Shown: in pieces, positions 1 through 9,269 of the stretch | Layout of the letters: every line of letters starts with the position of its first letter | How positions within the stretch are numbered: position 1 is the stretch's first letter | DNA from: Candidatus Alectryobacillus merdavium | Lineage (GTDB): Bacteria > Bacillota_I > Bacilli_A > RFN20 > CAG-826 | NCBI GenBank assembly: GCA_017694735.1 | Contig: JADIMN010000100.1 | Location: 3,335-27,334, forward strand | Direction of reading: 5' to 3' | DNA length: 24,000 nt | Notes under the pieces: generated by a model | What the model was told of the DNA's origin: nothing | Database searches by the model: none | What the model saw: the letters and a program-made list of their open reading frames with translations, nothing else | Program-made: the position numbers and the translations under genes

Positions 1-262
1 CATCTAAAGGATCAATAATAAAAACTAAATCATTGTTTAGTCTGTTTAAATCATCTTTATCTTCTTCAGATAAAAAAGCATAAGTAGGATATTTTTCCTT
101 TAAATAAGTTGTAATTAATTTATTTGACTCTTTATCTGCAATAGTGACTGGAGAATTATCACTTTTAATTTCAACTTCTACATGTTTGTTATAATAATCT
201 ACTAATAAACTAGAAGCCTTTTTTGCAATAAAGATCATATCTTTTAATTCTTTTTCAAACAT
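1..262 (-). CDS. cysQ: 3'(2'),5'-bisphosphate nucleotidase / inositol monophosphatase family protein (N-terminal part, truncated by window edge)
   Basis: Not in the ORF track. Minus-strand translation from ATG at 262: MFEKELKDMIFIAKKASRLLVDYYNKHVDVEIKSDNSPVTIADKESNKLITTYLKEKYPTYAFLSEEDKDDLNRLNNDLVFIIDPLD. It has the K.D.SPVT.AD motif, a SEE motif and the IIDPLD(G) metal-binding motif. GGAGG Shine-Dalgarno upstream (269-273). Confidence 0.85.
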   Translation of the reverse strand, partial: MFEKELKDMIFIAKKASSLLVDYYNKHVEVEIKSDNSPVTIADKESNKLITTYLKEKYPTYAFLSEEDKDDLNRLNNDLVFIIDPLD

Positions 263-292
263 ATTTTACCTCCAAATTATATATAGAAAAAT

Positions 293-315
293 AAAAGGGC
301 CAAAATGGCCCTTTT
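293..315 (-). terminator. Rho-independent terminator of fba
   Basis: Perfect 9-bp stem AAAAGGGCC (293-301) / GGCCCTTTT (307-315), loop AAAAT. On the minus strand it is followed by a T-rich tract (TTATTTTTCTAT) just after the fba stop. Confidence 0.85.
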
Positions 316-328
316 AAAAAAATTATAC

Positions 329-1186
329 TTAAGCTTTGTTAATGCAACCAAAAATCTCGCATTTTTCTCTGACAACTTCTTTAATTCCCTCTTTGCCAGG
401 GCCAATTACTTTTCTTGGATCGTATACTTCGCTGTCTTTAGCAACTACTTCTCTTACAATTTTTGTAAAAGCCATTTGACATTCAGTATTTACATTAATT
501 TTGCATGTGCCACATTCAATAGCTTTCTTAATTTGATAATCTGGAATTCCGCTACCACCATGTAAAACAAGAGGCATTTTTACAAGACCGGCAATTTCAG
601 CCATTTCTTTAAATCCTAATTTAGGTTCTCCATGATATGGTCCATGAACACTTCCAAGTGCTGGAGCAAGAGCATCAATCTTAGTTTCATTAACTAATTT
701 AACACATTCATTTGGATCAGCATATAAAACGCCTTGTGAAACAACATTATCTTCTTGACCACCAACATGTCCTAATTCTGCTTCAACAGTAACACCATGA
801 GCATGAGCATAATCAACTACTTCTTTTGTAATTCTAATATTTTCTTCAAGTTCGTGTTTAGAAGCATCAATCATAACACTTGTAAATCCAGCATCAATAG
901 CTTTTTTACAGAAATCAAAACTTGAACCGTGGTCAACATGTAATGCAACTGGAACGGTAATATTAGCATCTTTCATATAACCTTTAACCATACCAACAAT
1001 AACATCAACACCACCCATATATTTAGCTGCTCCTTCAGAAACACCTAATATAACTGGTGCGTTAAGTTTTTGAACTTCATCTAAAATAGCAATTGTCCAT
1101 TCTAAGTTATTAATATTAAATTGACCAACTGCATAGTGATCTTGTCTTGCTTTTTCAAGCATATCTTTCATATTAACTAATCCCAT
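329..1186 (-). CDS. fba: Class II fructose-bisphosphate aldolase
   Basis: [47 protein letters not shown] and NVNTECQ motifs; AAGGAG upstream of the ATG. Confidence 0.95.
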   Translation of the reverse strand: MGLVNMKDMLEKARQDHYAVGQFNINNLEWTIAILDEVQKLNAPVILGVSEGAAKYMGGVDVIVGMVKGYMKDANITVPVALHVDHGSSFDFCKKAIDAGFTSVMIDASKHELEENIRITKEVVDYAHAHGVTVEAELGHVGGQEDNVVSQGVLYADPNECVKLVNETKIDALAPALGSVHGPYHGEPKLGFKEMAEIAGLVKMPLVLHGGSGIPDYQIKKAIECGTCKINVNTECQMAFTKIVREVVAKDSEVYDPRKVIGPGKEGIKEVVREKCEIFGCINKA

Positions 1187-1239
1187 AAATTCTCCTTTAT
1201 ATTTACTATTATTATAAAATAATAAAAACCAACCTTAAA

Positions 1240-1593
1240 TTATAAATCAACAATTTCACTAGAACTATTATAGTCCTCGTCATCGTCTTTATCTTCATTT
1301 GGATCAACATCGGTATCTGAATAAGCCATTTCCAAATTCATAATATTTTTAACAACGTCAAAAGTTTGTCTATCTCTTAAATCCCATGTGTTTCCACTTA
1401 AAAATACAAAACGAGAATCAAGAGTTAAAGCTGTATAAAATTTTGATTTATATGTTGCATCGCTCTTTTTCTCTTCAGCAACTAAATTTGTATCATTACA
1501 TAAATGATTCCAAATCTCTGAAAATGATTTCTTTTCTTTTGAATTTAATAAATAATTATAAGTTTCATCAATTAATGTAATATTGCCACCCAT
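1240..1593 (-). CDS. rpoE: DNA-directed RNA polymerase subunit delta
   Basis: HARE-HTH-like N-terminus (FSEIWNHL...SKFYTALTLDSRFVFLSGNTWDLRDR) and acidic tail DPNEDKDDDEDYN; next to argS as in Bacilli; GGAGG Shine-Dalgarno. Confidence 0.9.
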   Translation of the reverse strand: MGGNITLIDETYNYLLNSKEKKSFSEIWNHLCNDTNLVAEEKKSDATYKSKFYTALTLDSRFVFLSGNTWDLRDRQTFDVVKNIMNLEMAYSDTDVDPNEDKDDDEDYNSSSEIVDL

Positions 1594-1605
1594 TTTTATA
1601 TCCTC

Positions 1606-3228
1606 CTACATTTTCTCTGGAGCATTTACTCCAATTAAACTTAAAGCATCTTTTAATACAATTGAACACGCTTTTAGCAAAGTAAGTCTAGCACCAGATA
1701 ACTCTTTATTATTTTCATCTAAGATTCTAACTTTTGAATAATATTCATGAATCTTCGAAGCAAAATTATATAAATAATTACAAATCTTATATGGTGCTCT
1801 TTCATTAAAAGCATCGACTATTATTTTATCATAATTATTAAGTATTTTCATTAACTCAAGTTCATTATCATTTATTAATAAATCATACTTATTATTTAAT
1901 TCAATCTTTGAATTTAATAATAATGAAGAAATTCTAGCAAAAGCATATTGTGAATAATAAACTGGATTTGAAGAATTACTTGCTAATGCAATATCTAAAT
2001 CAAAATCTAAATGTTGGCTAGCAGCTCTATTTACAAAGAAATATCTACATGCATCAACACCAACTGTATTTACAAGGTCACGCATTTTAATTGCATTACC
2101 AAGTCTTTTAGACATTTTTACTTCTTCGCCGTTTTTAATTAATCTAACCATTTGAATTAATTCAACCTCTAATGCATCTTTGCTATAGCCATTCATCATC
2201 AAAGCACTCTTCATTCTATTAATGTAACCATGATGATCTGCTCCTAAAATATCTATCAAAAAGTCTGCATTTCTTGATAATTTATCCAAATGATATACAA
2301 TATCAGGCAAAAAATAAGTATAGTCACCATTACTTTTAATAATAGGTCTATCTTTGTCATCTAGAAAATCACTCGTTTTTAAAAATGTAGCACCATCGCT
2401 TACATAAACATAATCTTTCATCTTTTCAATTAAATGTTCAACAGAGTTATTTTCTCTTATCTTAGTCTCAAAAGAATATTTATCAAACTCAACTCTAAAT
2501 TCTTTTAAGTCTTTTTTAAGTTTTTCTAATTCTTTTTCAATTCCATATTCTTTAAAAAATTGAATATCTTCTTCATCGCTTGTTTTTTTATATTTATCGC
2601 CGTATTCTTCTTTAATCAATTTTGCAATTTCTTTAACATCCTCACCTAAATATCCATCCTCTGGAATTGGATAAGAAATATTAAATAATTCTAAATATCT
2701 AGATTTTAAAGATTTTGCTAAGTTTGTTACTTGTGCGCCAGCATCATTGACATAAAATTCTCTAATAACTTTATATCCAGCTTTTTTAAATATTCTTGAT
2801 AAAGAATCACCAAGAGCAGCGCCTCTTGCGTGGCCTAAATGTAAATCTCCTGTAGGATTAGCACTTACATACTCAATGTTATAAACAATATCTTTTTCTT
2901 CTTGTTGACCAAAATTTGATCCTTCTTTTAATACTTTATCAATAACATCAGATAAAGCATCTTGTTTTAAAAAAATATTAATAAATCCTGGACCAGCTAT
3001 TTCTACTTTAGAAATTTCATCACAGTTTAAACTAGAAATAATGCTATTTGCAAAATCTCTAGGATTTTTTCCGCTTTTCTTAGAAAATTTTAAAGCAACA
3101 TTGCTTGTTAAATCTCCGTGTTGTTTATCTTTTGTTGAAACAACTTCTATATCATTAATATTAGCTTCAATATTTAAATTAGATAATATCTCGAGTAATA
3201 AATTTTTAATTTTGTCTTCTAATTTCAT
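1606..3228 (-). CDS. argS: Arginine--tRNA ligase
   Basis: Class I signature ANPTGDLHLGHARGAALGDSLSRI, VYVSDGATF, KMSKRLGNA and a DALR-type C-terminal domain. Confidence 0.97.
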   Translation of the reverse strand: MKLEDKIKNLLLEILSNLNIEANINDIEVVSTKDKQHGDLTSNVALKFSKKSGKNPRDFANSIISSLNCDEISKVEIAGPGFINIFLKQDALSDVIDKVLKEGSNFGQQEEKDIVYNIEYVSANPTGDLHLGHARGAALGDSLSRIFKKAGYKVIREFYVNDAGAQVTNLAKSLKSRYLELFNISYPIPEDGYLGEDVKEIAKLIKEEYGDKYKKTSDEEDIQFFKEYGIEKELEKLKKDLKEFRVEFDKYSFETKIRENNSVEHLIEKMKDYVYVSDGATFLKTSDFLDDKDRPIIKSNGDYTYFLPDIVYHLDKLSRNADFLIDILGADHHGYINRMKSALMMNGYSKDALEVELIQMVRLIKNGEEVKMSKRLGNAIKMRDLVNTVGVDACRYFFVNRAASQHLDFDLDIALASNSSNPVYYSQYAFARISSLLLNSKIELNNKYDLLINDNELELMKILNNYDKIIVDAFNERAPYKICNYLYNFASKIHEYYSKVRILDENNKELSGARLTLLKACSIVLKDALSLIGVNAPEKM

Positions 3229-4679
3229 TGCAGTTCCTCTCTAATTCGTTTCAAAACCTCGTCTTTTCCAAGCAAGTTAAATATGTTATACATCTCAATT
3301 CCATGTTCACAACCAGTTAGTGACAATCTAATTGGCATATATAAATTTTTTCCTTTTGCTTGTGTATTTAAAATTACATCATTAATCCAAGCTTTAAATG
3401 AATCTTTATCAAATTTTAAATCATTTGTGCTTTTGATTTTTTCTTCAATAAATGTAAGGACTCTCTGAGAAAGTTCGCTATTTACAAAAGCTTTTTGATC
3501 ATCATTTAATTTTGCTTTATTAAACACTTCGTCTATAAAAGAATTAATTTGTTCTCCATATAAAATTTCATTTTTAAATACCAATGAAATATTTTTTAAT
3601 TCATCCTCGGTCTTATTAGCTAAATTTTTATTTTCTTTAATAAAAGGCAATATAAATTCAAAATACTTTTCATTATCTAGAGTCTTAATATAGTGAGAAT
3701 TCATCCAATATAATTTTTTATTATCAAACATGCTTGGAGATTTACTTAATCTAGAAGGATCAAAACATGAACACATTTCAGAAAGAGTAAATATTTCTTT
3801 ATTATCTTCTGGAGTCCAACCAAGTAATAAAAGGAAATTTAAAATAGCTTGTGGCAAAAAGCCCATTTTTCTATATTGAGATACAAATTGAACAATATTA
3901 TTATCTCTTTTTGATAATTTTTTTCCGTTCTCATTAATAATAATTGTCATGTGCCCAAATTGTGGAGCTTCCCAACCAAAATAATCATAGATAAATAATT
4001 GTTTTGGTGTATTACTTAAATGCTCTTCTCCTCTTAAAACATGAGTAATATCCATAATGTGATCATCTATAACAACAGCAAAATTATATGTAGGAATTCC
4101 ATTAGACTTCAAAATAACAAAATCGCCAAAGTCATTTGAATTAAAACTGACTTCACCTCTTACTAAATCATTAAATACAATTTTTTTATCATCTGGAACT
4201 CTTAGTCTAATAGATGGCTTAATGCCTTTTTTTCTTAGTGCTTCTTTTTCTTCTTCGCTTAAGTTCAAACATCTTCTATCATACTTAAACGAAGTTATGC
4301 CTCTTTCTTCTTGTTCTATTCTTGATTTTTCTAAATCCTCTTCGCTACAAAAACATTCATATGCATAACCTTTTTCAACTAATTCGTAAGCATATTTTTT
4401 ATAAATATCCAATTTTTCCATTTGACGATAGTATTTATATTTAGGATTAGGATTTTCAATTGATTCATCTGGAATAATACCAAGCCATATTAAATCATGA
4501 AGTTGTGAATACTCAGCACCTTCAATATTTCTTTCTATATCAGTATCTTCAATTCTAAAAACAAAATCTCCATTAAACTTTTTTGCATATAAGTAATTAA
4601 ATAGAGCACTTCTAGCACCACCTATATGTAAAAAACCTGTTGGACTTGGAGCATATCTTACTCTAACTTTTTTATTCAT
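3225..4679 (-). CDS. gltX: Glutamate--tRNA ligase
   Basis: RYAPSPTGFLHIGGARSALFNYLYAKK, HVLRGEEHLSNTP and KLSKRDNN. The ORF track starts at 4688 (GTG), but that GTG lies in the Shine-Dalgarno-like GGTGA; ATG at 4679 is the likelier start. Confidence 0.95.
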   Translation of the reverse strand: MNKKVRVRYAPSPTGFLHIGGARSALFNYLYAKKFNGDFVFRIEDTDIERNIEGAEYSQLHDLIWLGIIPDESIENPNPKYKYYRQMEKLDIYKKYAYELVEKGYAYECFCSEEDLEKSRIEQEERGITSFKYDRRCLNLSEEEKEALRKKGIKPSIRLRVPDDKKIVFNDLVRGEVSFNSNDFGDFVILKSNGIPTYNFAVVIDDHIMDITHVLRGEEHLSNTPKQLFIYDYFGWEAPQFGHMTIIINENGKKLSKRDNNIVQFVSQYRKMGFLPQAILNFLLLLGWTPEDNKEIFTLSEMCSCFDPSRLSKSPSMFDNKKLYWMNSHYIKTLDNEKYFEFILPFIKENKNLANKTEDELKNISLVFKNEILYGEQINSFIDEVFNKAKLNDDQKAFVNSELSQRVLTFIEEKIKSTNDLKFDKDSFKAWINDVILNTQAKGKNLYMPIRLSLTGCEHGIEMYNIFNLLGKDEVLKRIREELQ

Positions 4680-5154
4680 ACTTATCACCTACCAAACATA
4701 CACAATATGCAACAATTGCTTTACCACTCCCAGTTGCATCCATTTTCTCATTAGTCATTGCTTTAATACTTACTTGATTTATATTAATATCTAAGATTTT
4801 AGAAATACTTTTTCTCATATCTAAAATATAAGGCTTCAATTTGGTTTTTTCTAATTCAATAGAAATATCTAAATTATTAATTCTATATTCTTGTTTTTTT
4901 ACTAAATCATAACAAAATTTAACTATTTCTATTGAACTATAATTTTTATATTTATCATCTTCAGGAGGAAAATAAGTCCCTAAATCTCCTAAAGATAGAG
5001 AACCAAGTAAGCTCTCTGAAACAGCATGTAAAACTACATCTCCATCACTATGTGCAATTATTCTATTTTTGGATGGAATTTTTATTCCTCCTAACAACAA
5101 ATAATCGCCTTCTTCTAATTGATGAATATCTTTTGCAAAGCCAATTCTAATCAT
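4672..5154 (-). CDS. ispF: 2-C-methyl-D-erythritol 2,4-cyclodiphosphate synthase
   Basis: IRIGFAKDIHQLEEGDYLLLGGIKIP...AHSDGDVVLHAVSESLLGSLSLGDLGTYFPP; MTNEKMDATGSGKAIVAYCVCLV; next to gltX. Confidence 0.93.
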   Translation of the reverse strand: MIRIGFAKDIHQLEEGDYLLLGGIKIPSKNRIIAHSDGDVVLHAVSESLLGSLSLGDLGTYFPPEDDKYKNYSSIEIVKFCYDLVKKQEYRINNLDISIELEKTKLKPYILDMRKSISKILDININQVSIKAMTNEKMDATGSGKAIVAYCVCLVGDKYE

Positions 5155-6257
5155 ACATTAAACCTAAAGAAGAAAATATCTCCATCCTTTGCTAAGTAAT
5201 CTTTTCCTTCAATTCTAATTTTACCTGCATTTTTTAAAGCAGCTTCAGATTTATATACAACAAAATCTTCATAAGAATAAACTTCAGCTCTAATAAAGCC
5301 TTTTTGAAAATCACTATGAATAATTCCTGCACATTGTGGAGCAGTCATTCCATTAACAAAAGTCCATGCTCTGCACTCATCTTCTCCAACAGTAAAAAAT
5401 GTAGAAAGATTTAATAAACTATAAGTTTTACTAATTAAAGTATTTAAACCGGATTCTTCAATGCCAAGCATATTAAAATATTCTGCTTTTTCTTCTTCTT
5501 TAAGTTGTGAAATTTCATATTCGATTTCGCAACTTATGTATACACAATCACTATTTTCTTTATCAGCAAAGTTTTTAACATCTAAATAATATTTGCAATT
5601 ATTTATATCTGAATAATCAGAATCCGAAACATTTGCAACATAAATCACAGGTTTTGCAGTTAAAAAATTCATTGTTTTTTGAACATATTTTTTCTCATCA
5701 TCGGCAAAATTTAATTTTCTTATAGATATACCTTTTTCTAAAGCATCTTTTACCTTTGACAAAATGTTCATTTCAAAAATAGCTTCTTTATCTTTTGAAA
5801 CTCTAGCCTTGTTTTCAACCTTTCCAATTCTATTACAACAAGTTTCTAAATCAGCTAGTATTAATTCTAAATTAATAATTTCTATATCTCTTATAGGATC
5901 AACACTATCTTCGACATGAATTACATCTTTTGAATCAAAACATCTTACTAAATGAACAATAATATCACATTCTCTAATGTGTGATAAAAATTTGTTTCCT
6001 AATCCCTCGCCTTTAGAAGCGCCTTTAACAAGACCAGCTATATCATAAAATTCAACAGTCGTATAAATTTTTCTTTTAGGATTAAAAATAGAAGATAAAA
6101 AATCTAATCTTTTATCTTTAACAGGAACAACTCCGTCATTTGGATTAATTGTAGCAAAAGGATAATTTGCAGCCTCAACATGAGAATTTGTTATAGCATT
6201 AAACAGCGTTGATTTTCCAACATTTGGTAATCCAACAATTCCAGCTTTTAAACTCAC
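5151..6257 (-). CDS. ychF: Redox-regulated ATPase / Obg-family GTPase YchF
   Basis: GIVGLPNVGKSTLFNAITNS, EAANYPFATINPN, YDIAGLVKGASKGEGLGNKFL; C-terminus ends in the family-typical FRFNV directly before TGA. Confidence 0.96.
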   Translation of the reverse strand: MSLKAGIVGLPNVGKSTLFNAITNSHVEAANYPFATINPNDGVVPVKDKRLDFLSSIFNPKRKIYTTVEFYDIAGLVKGASKGEGLGNKFLSHIRECDIIVHLVRCFDSKDVIHVEDSVDPIRDIEIINLELILADLETCCNRIGKVENKARVSKDKEAIFEMNILSKVKDALEKGISIRKLNFADDEKKYVQKTMNFLTAKPVIYVANVSDSDYSDINNCKYYLDVKNFADKENSDCVYISCEIEYEISQLKEEEKAEYFNMLGIEESGLNTLISKTYSLLNLSTFFTVGEDECRAWTFVNGMTAPQCAGIIHSDFQKGFIRAEVYSYEDFVVYKSEAALKNAGKIRIEGKDYLAKDGDIFFFRFNV

Positions 6258-6267
6258 TAATAATCAC

Positions 6268-6480
6268 CTAAATTTTTTTAACGTTTTTTGCTCTTAATCC
6301 ACGATCGGTTTCTTCTAACTCAAAAGTAACTTCATCATTTGCTTTTAAAGCTTTAAATTCGCTATCATCAATTATGTTTGAGTAATGAAAAAATACATCT
6401 TTCTCGTTTTCATAATGAATAAAACCATATCCTTTTCGTGCATTAAACATTTTTACCTTGCCTGTGCAAACCTTATCCAT
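6268..6480 (-). CDS. Cold-shock domain protein
   Basis: CTGKVKMFNARKGYGFIHYENEKDVFFHYSNI (CSD RNP motifs). The ORF-track start (TTG at 6501) contains the Shine-Dalgarno AAAAGGAGAA, so the ATG at 6480 (MDKVCTGK...) is preferred. Confidence 0.9.
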   Translation of the reverse strand: MDKVCTGKVKMFNARKGYGFIHYENEKDVFFHYSNIIDDSEFKALKANDEVTFELEETDRGLRAKNVKKI

Positions 6481-6520
6481 AACAATTCTCCTTTTCTGCA
6501 ACGTTAAAATTGTATACTAT

Positions 6521-6549
6521 ATTTTATAATAAATAAAATATAATGTTAA
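6521..6549 (-). promoter_or_regulatory. Predicted sigma-A-type promoter of the cold-shock gene
   Basis: Minus strand TTAACA (6549-6544), 17-nt spacer, TAAAAT (6526-6521); each box is 5/6 to consensus. Located between the upstream ABC gene stop and the csp start. Confidence 0.6.
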
Positions 6550-6551
6550 TT

Positions 6552-9269
6552 TTATATGGTTTTAATAACTTCGGTAGGTTCTATTTTGTTGAGTTCTTTT
6601 TCTAAATATATTGTTGAGAAAAAATACGAAATTAAAAGTAATGCTAGTAAATAGAAAAGATATACAAAATTAAAAGGAGGGTAATAATTCACATTAAGTG
6701 TCGAACAAATAACACTTGAAATAAAATAATTTATAAAAACAGAAAATGCTGATATTAAAACAAAAGACGATAATAGTAAAAACAAAATATAATATTTAAA
6801 GATTTTTATGCTGTCTTTTTTATGATAACCAAAAATAAACAAAATCGTTATATCATCTTTGCACTCTCTAATTAAAGTTTTAGCAACAAAGATTAATAAA
6901 ACAACCGATATTATCGAACAAAATAAACAAAAGCATAATAAAATTATTTCAAACATCATTAATAAAGAATCGATTTCTTTGTTTATATCGTTTAAAGGAG
7001 AATAAACATCAAAATTTTTAAAATTATTCCTAAAGACATTTAATGTATTTTCTAAATTTTCGTTTTCGTCAATTGTAACTACAATTGAATAAGGAATTAA
7101 TTTTGTGTAATCTACACCTAGCACACTAAGAAAAAAAGAATAGGACCAAGAATGGTTTCCGTATATGTAATAGCCCTTCTCATCAATTATATTTGATATT
7201 AAAATTGTTCCATCATTTAAATTTCCGTTTCCATCTTTAGAAGCAAAAAATATCTCATCATCAACTTCAACTTCTAATTTTTCTGCTAATTCTTTTGATA
7301 TAACAATTTGATTATAAAATTCACTATCACAGGCGTTTAAGTATTTGTATTTTAAAGTTTGATCTTCTATCGAATTTAGACCACCATAAATTGAATTTGA
7401 TAAAGTGCTAACATCAAAATACCCATTTTCATTATTATTTGTTGTAATTTGATCAATAATTATTTCTAAATTGTTTTTATTACTTGTTAAATATATGTCA
7501 TTAATAAAACCCGATATTAAAGAATTTCCAAATGACATATATCCACCAACATTAGTAAAATAATATTTGTCATATCCATTGTTTGATAATGTTTTTGCTA
7601 TGTCATAATCAAATTTATCGTAATTTTTATAAACTAAATATTTATAATTAAAATTTTTATAATTTAAAGGAAATACATCTTTACTAGCTTTTTTAAATAC
7701 AAAAGAATTTAAGTTTTTATCAATATAATAATTTTCAAAAAGCTTTTCACCGTTTTCTTTTAAATTAATTACCAAATTCTTTTTAAGATACCATGGTTTA
7801 TCATATACTTCATCATAAATTGAAGAAGGAAGTTTCATCATCGTTTCAAAAACGTATTCATTAAAAAATTCGTTTGAATGGTAAATATTATTTTCAGTTT
7901 CAACAAGAAATCCAACTAGTTTAAAAAGCTGCTCATCTTCATACTGCCAATCCATATTTTTAATAAAAAATGATAAATATAAATCATTTACCTTTATATA
8001 ATTAAATAATGTCGAAAAACTTTGTTTTATTGATAAAACGCTACAAATTTCTTTAAGCAGTTCATTATCAATAGATATAATTATTTCATCATTTTTTAAG
8101 TTAGATTTTTTAGTTAAGTAAGTAGTGTCTTTAATGTATTTTGTTAAAACAAATTCATTGAGGTTTTGCATGCTATATTTGCTTAATTTTTGGCTTCTAT
8201 TTTTATAATTAATTCTTAATTCATTGTTATCTTTAAAAAATGTATCAAAATTGTTTGTATAAACATAACTAAACGAATCAATATAATCTTTATAGCTATT
8301 AAATAAATCAAATATTTCATATTCTTTGACTGAATCTTTTTTATAAATTTCATTACTAATTTTATCTTGTCTTTCTAAGATTATTTCATTTTCTTTATAA
8401 TATTGAGAAAAATTATATTTTAAAATTGAACTAACATTGTCACTTAATATAAATATAAAAACAAACGAAATAAAAGATAAGAAAATCATCATAAACGATA
8501 ACATGTTACGAATTTTTCTATTTTTAAATAAATTTTTTATATATTTAAAATAGAAACCTGGATTTAAATGTTTTTTAGCATTAATAAATAATTTAAACTT
8601 AGAATCCGCTTTAGATTTGCACTCTTTTTTTATCTTTTTTGTAATATTTCCGTCATTTAAGTAAAAAATTTCGTCTGAAATTTTTTCAATAGTTTCATAA
8701 TCATGTGAAACTAAAATAACTATATGATTTTTACTATATTCAACTAATTGGCTTATTAGATCGTTTTTTGTTTTTTGATCTAAATTTGACGTAGGCTCAT
8801 CTAAAATTAGAATCTTTTTCCCTAATAAAAATTCTCTAATAAAGCATACACGCTGTTTCTCTCCACCACTTAAATTTTTGCATAATGTTTTTTTGCTTTT
8901 TAATAAGTCGTTTCTTTCTAAGAATAATGAAAGATAGTTATAATCAATATTATTTTTATCTATATTTAAAGTAACATTTTCTAATAAATTTAACTCATTA
9001 ATTAATAAAGGCTTTTGATGTATATATGATATATTTTCTCTTCTAAAATTTAATAATTCTTCCTCGCTAAGAGATTTAATATTCTTATCAAATATCGTTA
9101 AATTACCTTCAAAATTAATATCAAGTAAACCCAATATATTTAAAATGGTAGTCTTTCCGCTCCCAGATTTTCCAAAAAAAGAATATATTCCAGGCTTATC
9201 TATTAATATATCTTTAATATTTACTGCAAAACCTGGATATTTTTTTATTAACTTGTCTATTTTAATCAT
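6552..9269 (-). CDS. ABC transporter, fused N-terminal ATPase and C-terminal FtsX/MacB-like permease with large extracytoplasmic domain (component 1)
   Basis: Walker A GKSGSGKTT, Q-loop IHQKP, signature LSGGEKQR, Walker B ILILDEPTSNLD, H-loop VSHD; one TM segment after the ATPase (MLSFMMIFLSFISFVFIFIL), roughly 500 aa without obvious TMs, then three TM stretches near the C-terminus. Confidence 0.9.
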   Translation of the reverse strand: MIKIDKLIKKYPGFAVNIKDILIDKPGIYSFFGKSGSGKTTILNILGLLDINFEGNLTIFDKNIKSLSEEELLNFRRENISYIHQKPLLINELNLLENVTLNIDKNNIDYNYLSLFLERNDLLKSKKTLCKNLSGGEKQRVCFIREFLLGKKILILDEPTSNLDQKTKNDLISQLVEYSKNHIVILVSHDYETIEKISDEIFYLNDGNITKKIKKECKSKADSKFKLFINAKKHLNPGFYFKYIKNLFKNRKIRNMLSFMMIFLSFISFVFIFILSDNVSSILKYNFSQYYKENEIILERQDKISNEIYKKDSVKEYEIFDLFNSYKDYIDSFSYVYTNNFDTFFKDNNELRINYKNRSQKLSKYSMQNLNEFVLTKYIKDTTYLTKKSNLKNDEIIISIDNELLKEICSVLSIKQSFSTLFNYIKVNDLYLSFFIKNMDWQYEDEQLFKLVGFLVETENNIYHSNEFFNEYVFETMMKLPSSIYDEVYDKPWYLKKNLVINLKENGEKLFENYYIDKNLNSFVFKKASKDVFPLNYKNFNYKYLVYKNYDKFDYDIAKTLSNNGYDKYYFTNVGGYMSFGNSLISGFINDIYLTSNKNNLEIIIDQITTNNNENGYFDVSTLSNSIYGGLNSIEDQTLKYKYLNACDSEFYNQIVISKELAEKLEVEVDDEIFFASKDGNGNLNDGTILISNIIDEKGYYIYGNHSWSYSFFLSVLGVDYTKLIPYSIVVTIDENENLENTLNVFRNNFKNFDVYSPLNDINKEIDSLLMMFEIILLCFCLFCSIISVVLLIFVAKTLIRECKDDITILFIFGYHKKDSIKIFKYYILFLLLSSFVLISAFSVFINYFISSVICSTLNVNYYPPFNFVYLFYLLALLLISYFFSTIYLEKELNKIEPTEVIKTI

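Noticed and set aside
276-281. TATAAT (minus strand) as a cysQ promoter
   Set aside because: The implied TSS would fall inside the cysQ Shine-Dalgarno, and the -35 would overlap the fba terminator. More likely part of the T/A-rich tail of the terminator.
305-565. Plus-strand 86-aa ORF (and shadows at 1386-1580, 3041-3244, 3283-3468, 4932-5150)
   Set aside because: Antisense to well-supported minus-strand genes (fba, rpoE, argS, gltX, ispF), with low-complexity F/L/S/N-rich translations and no recognised domain.
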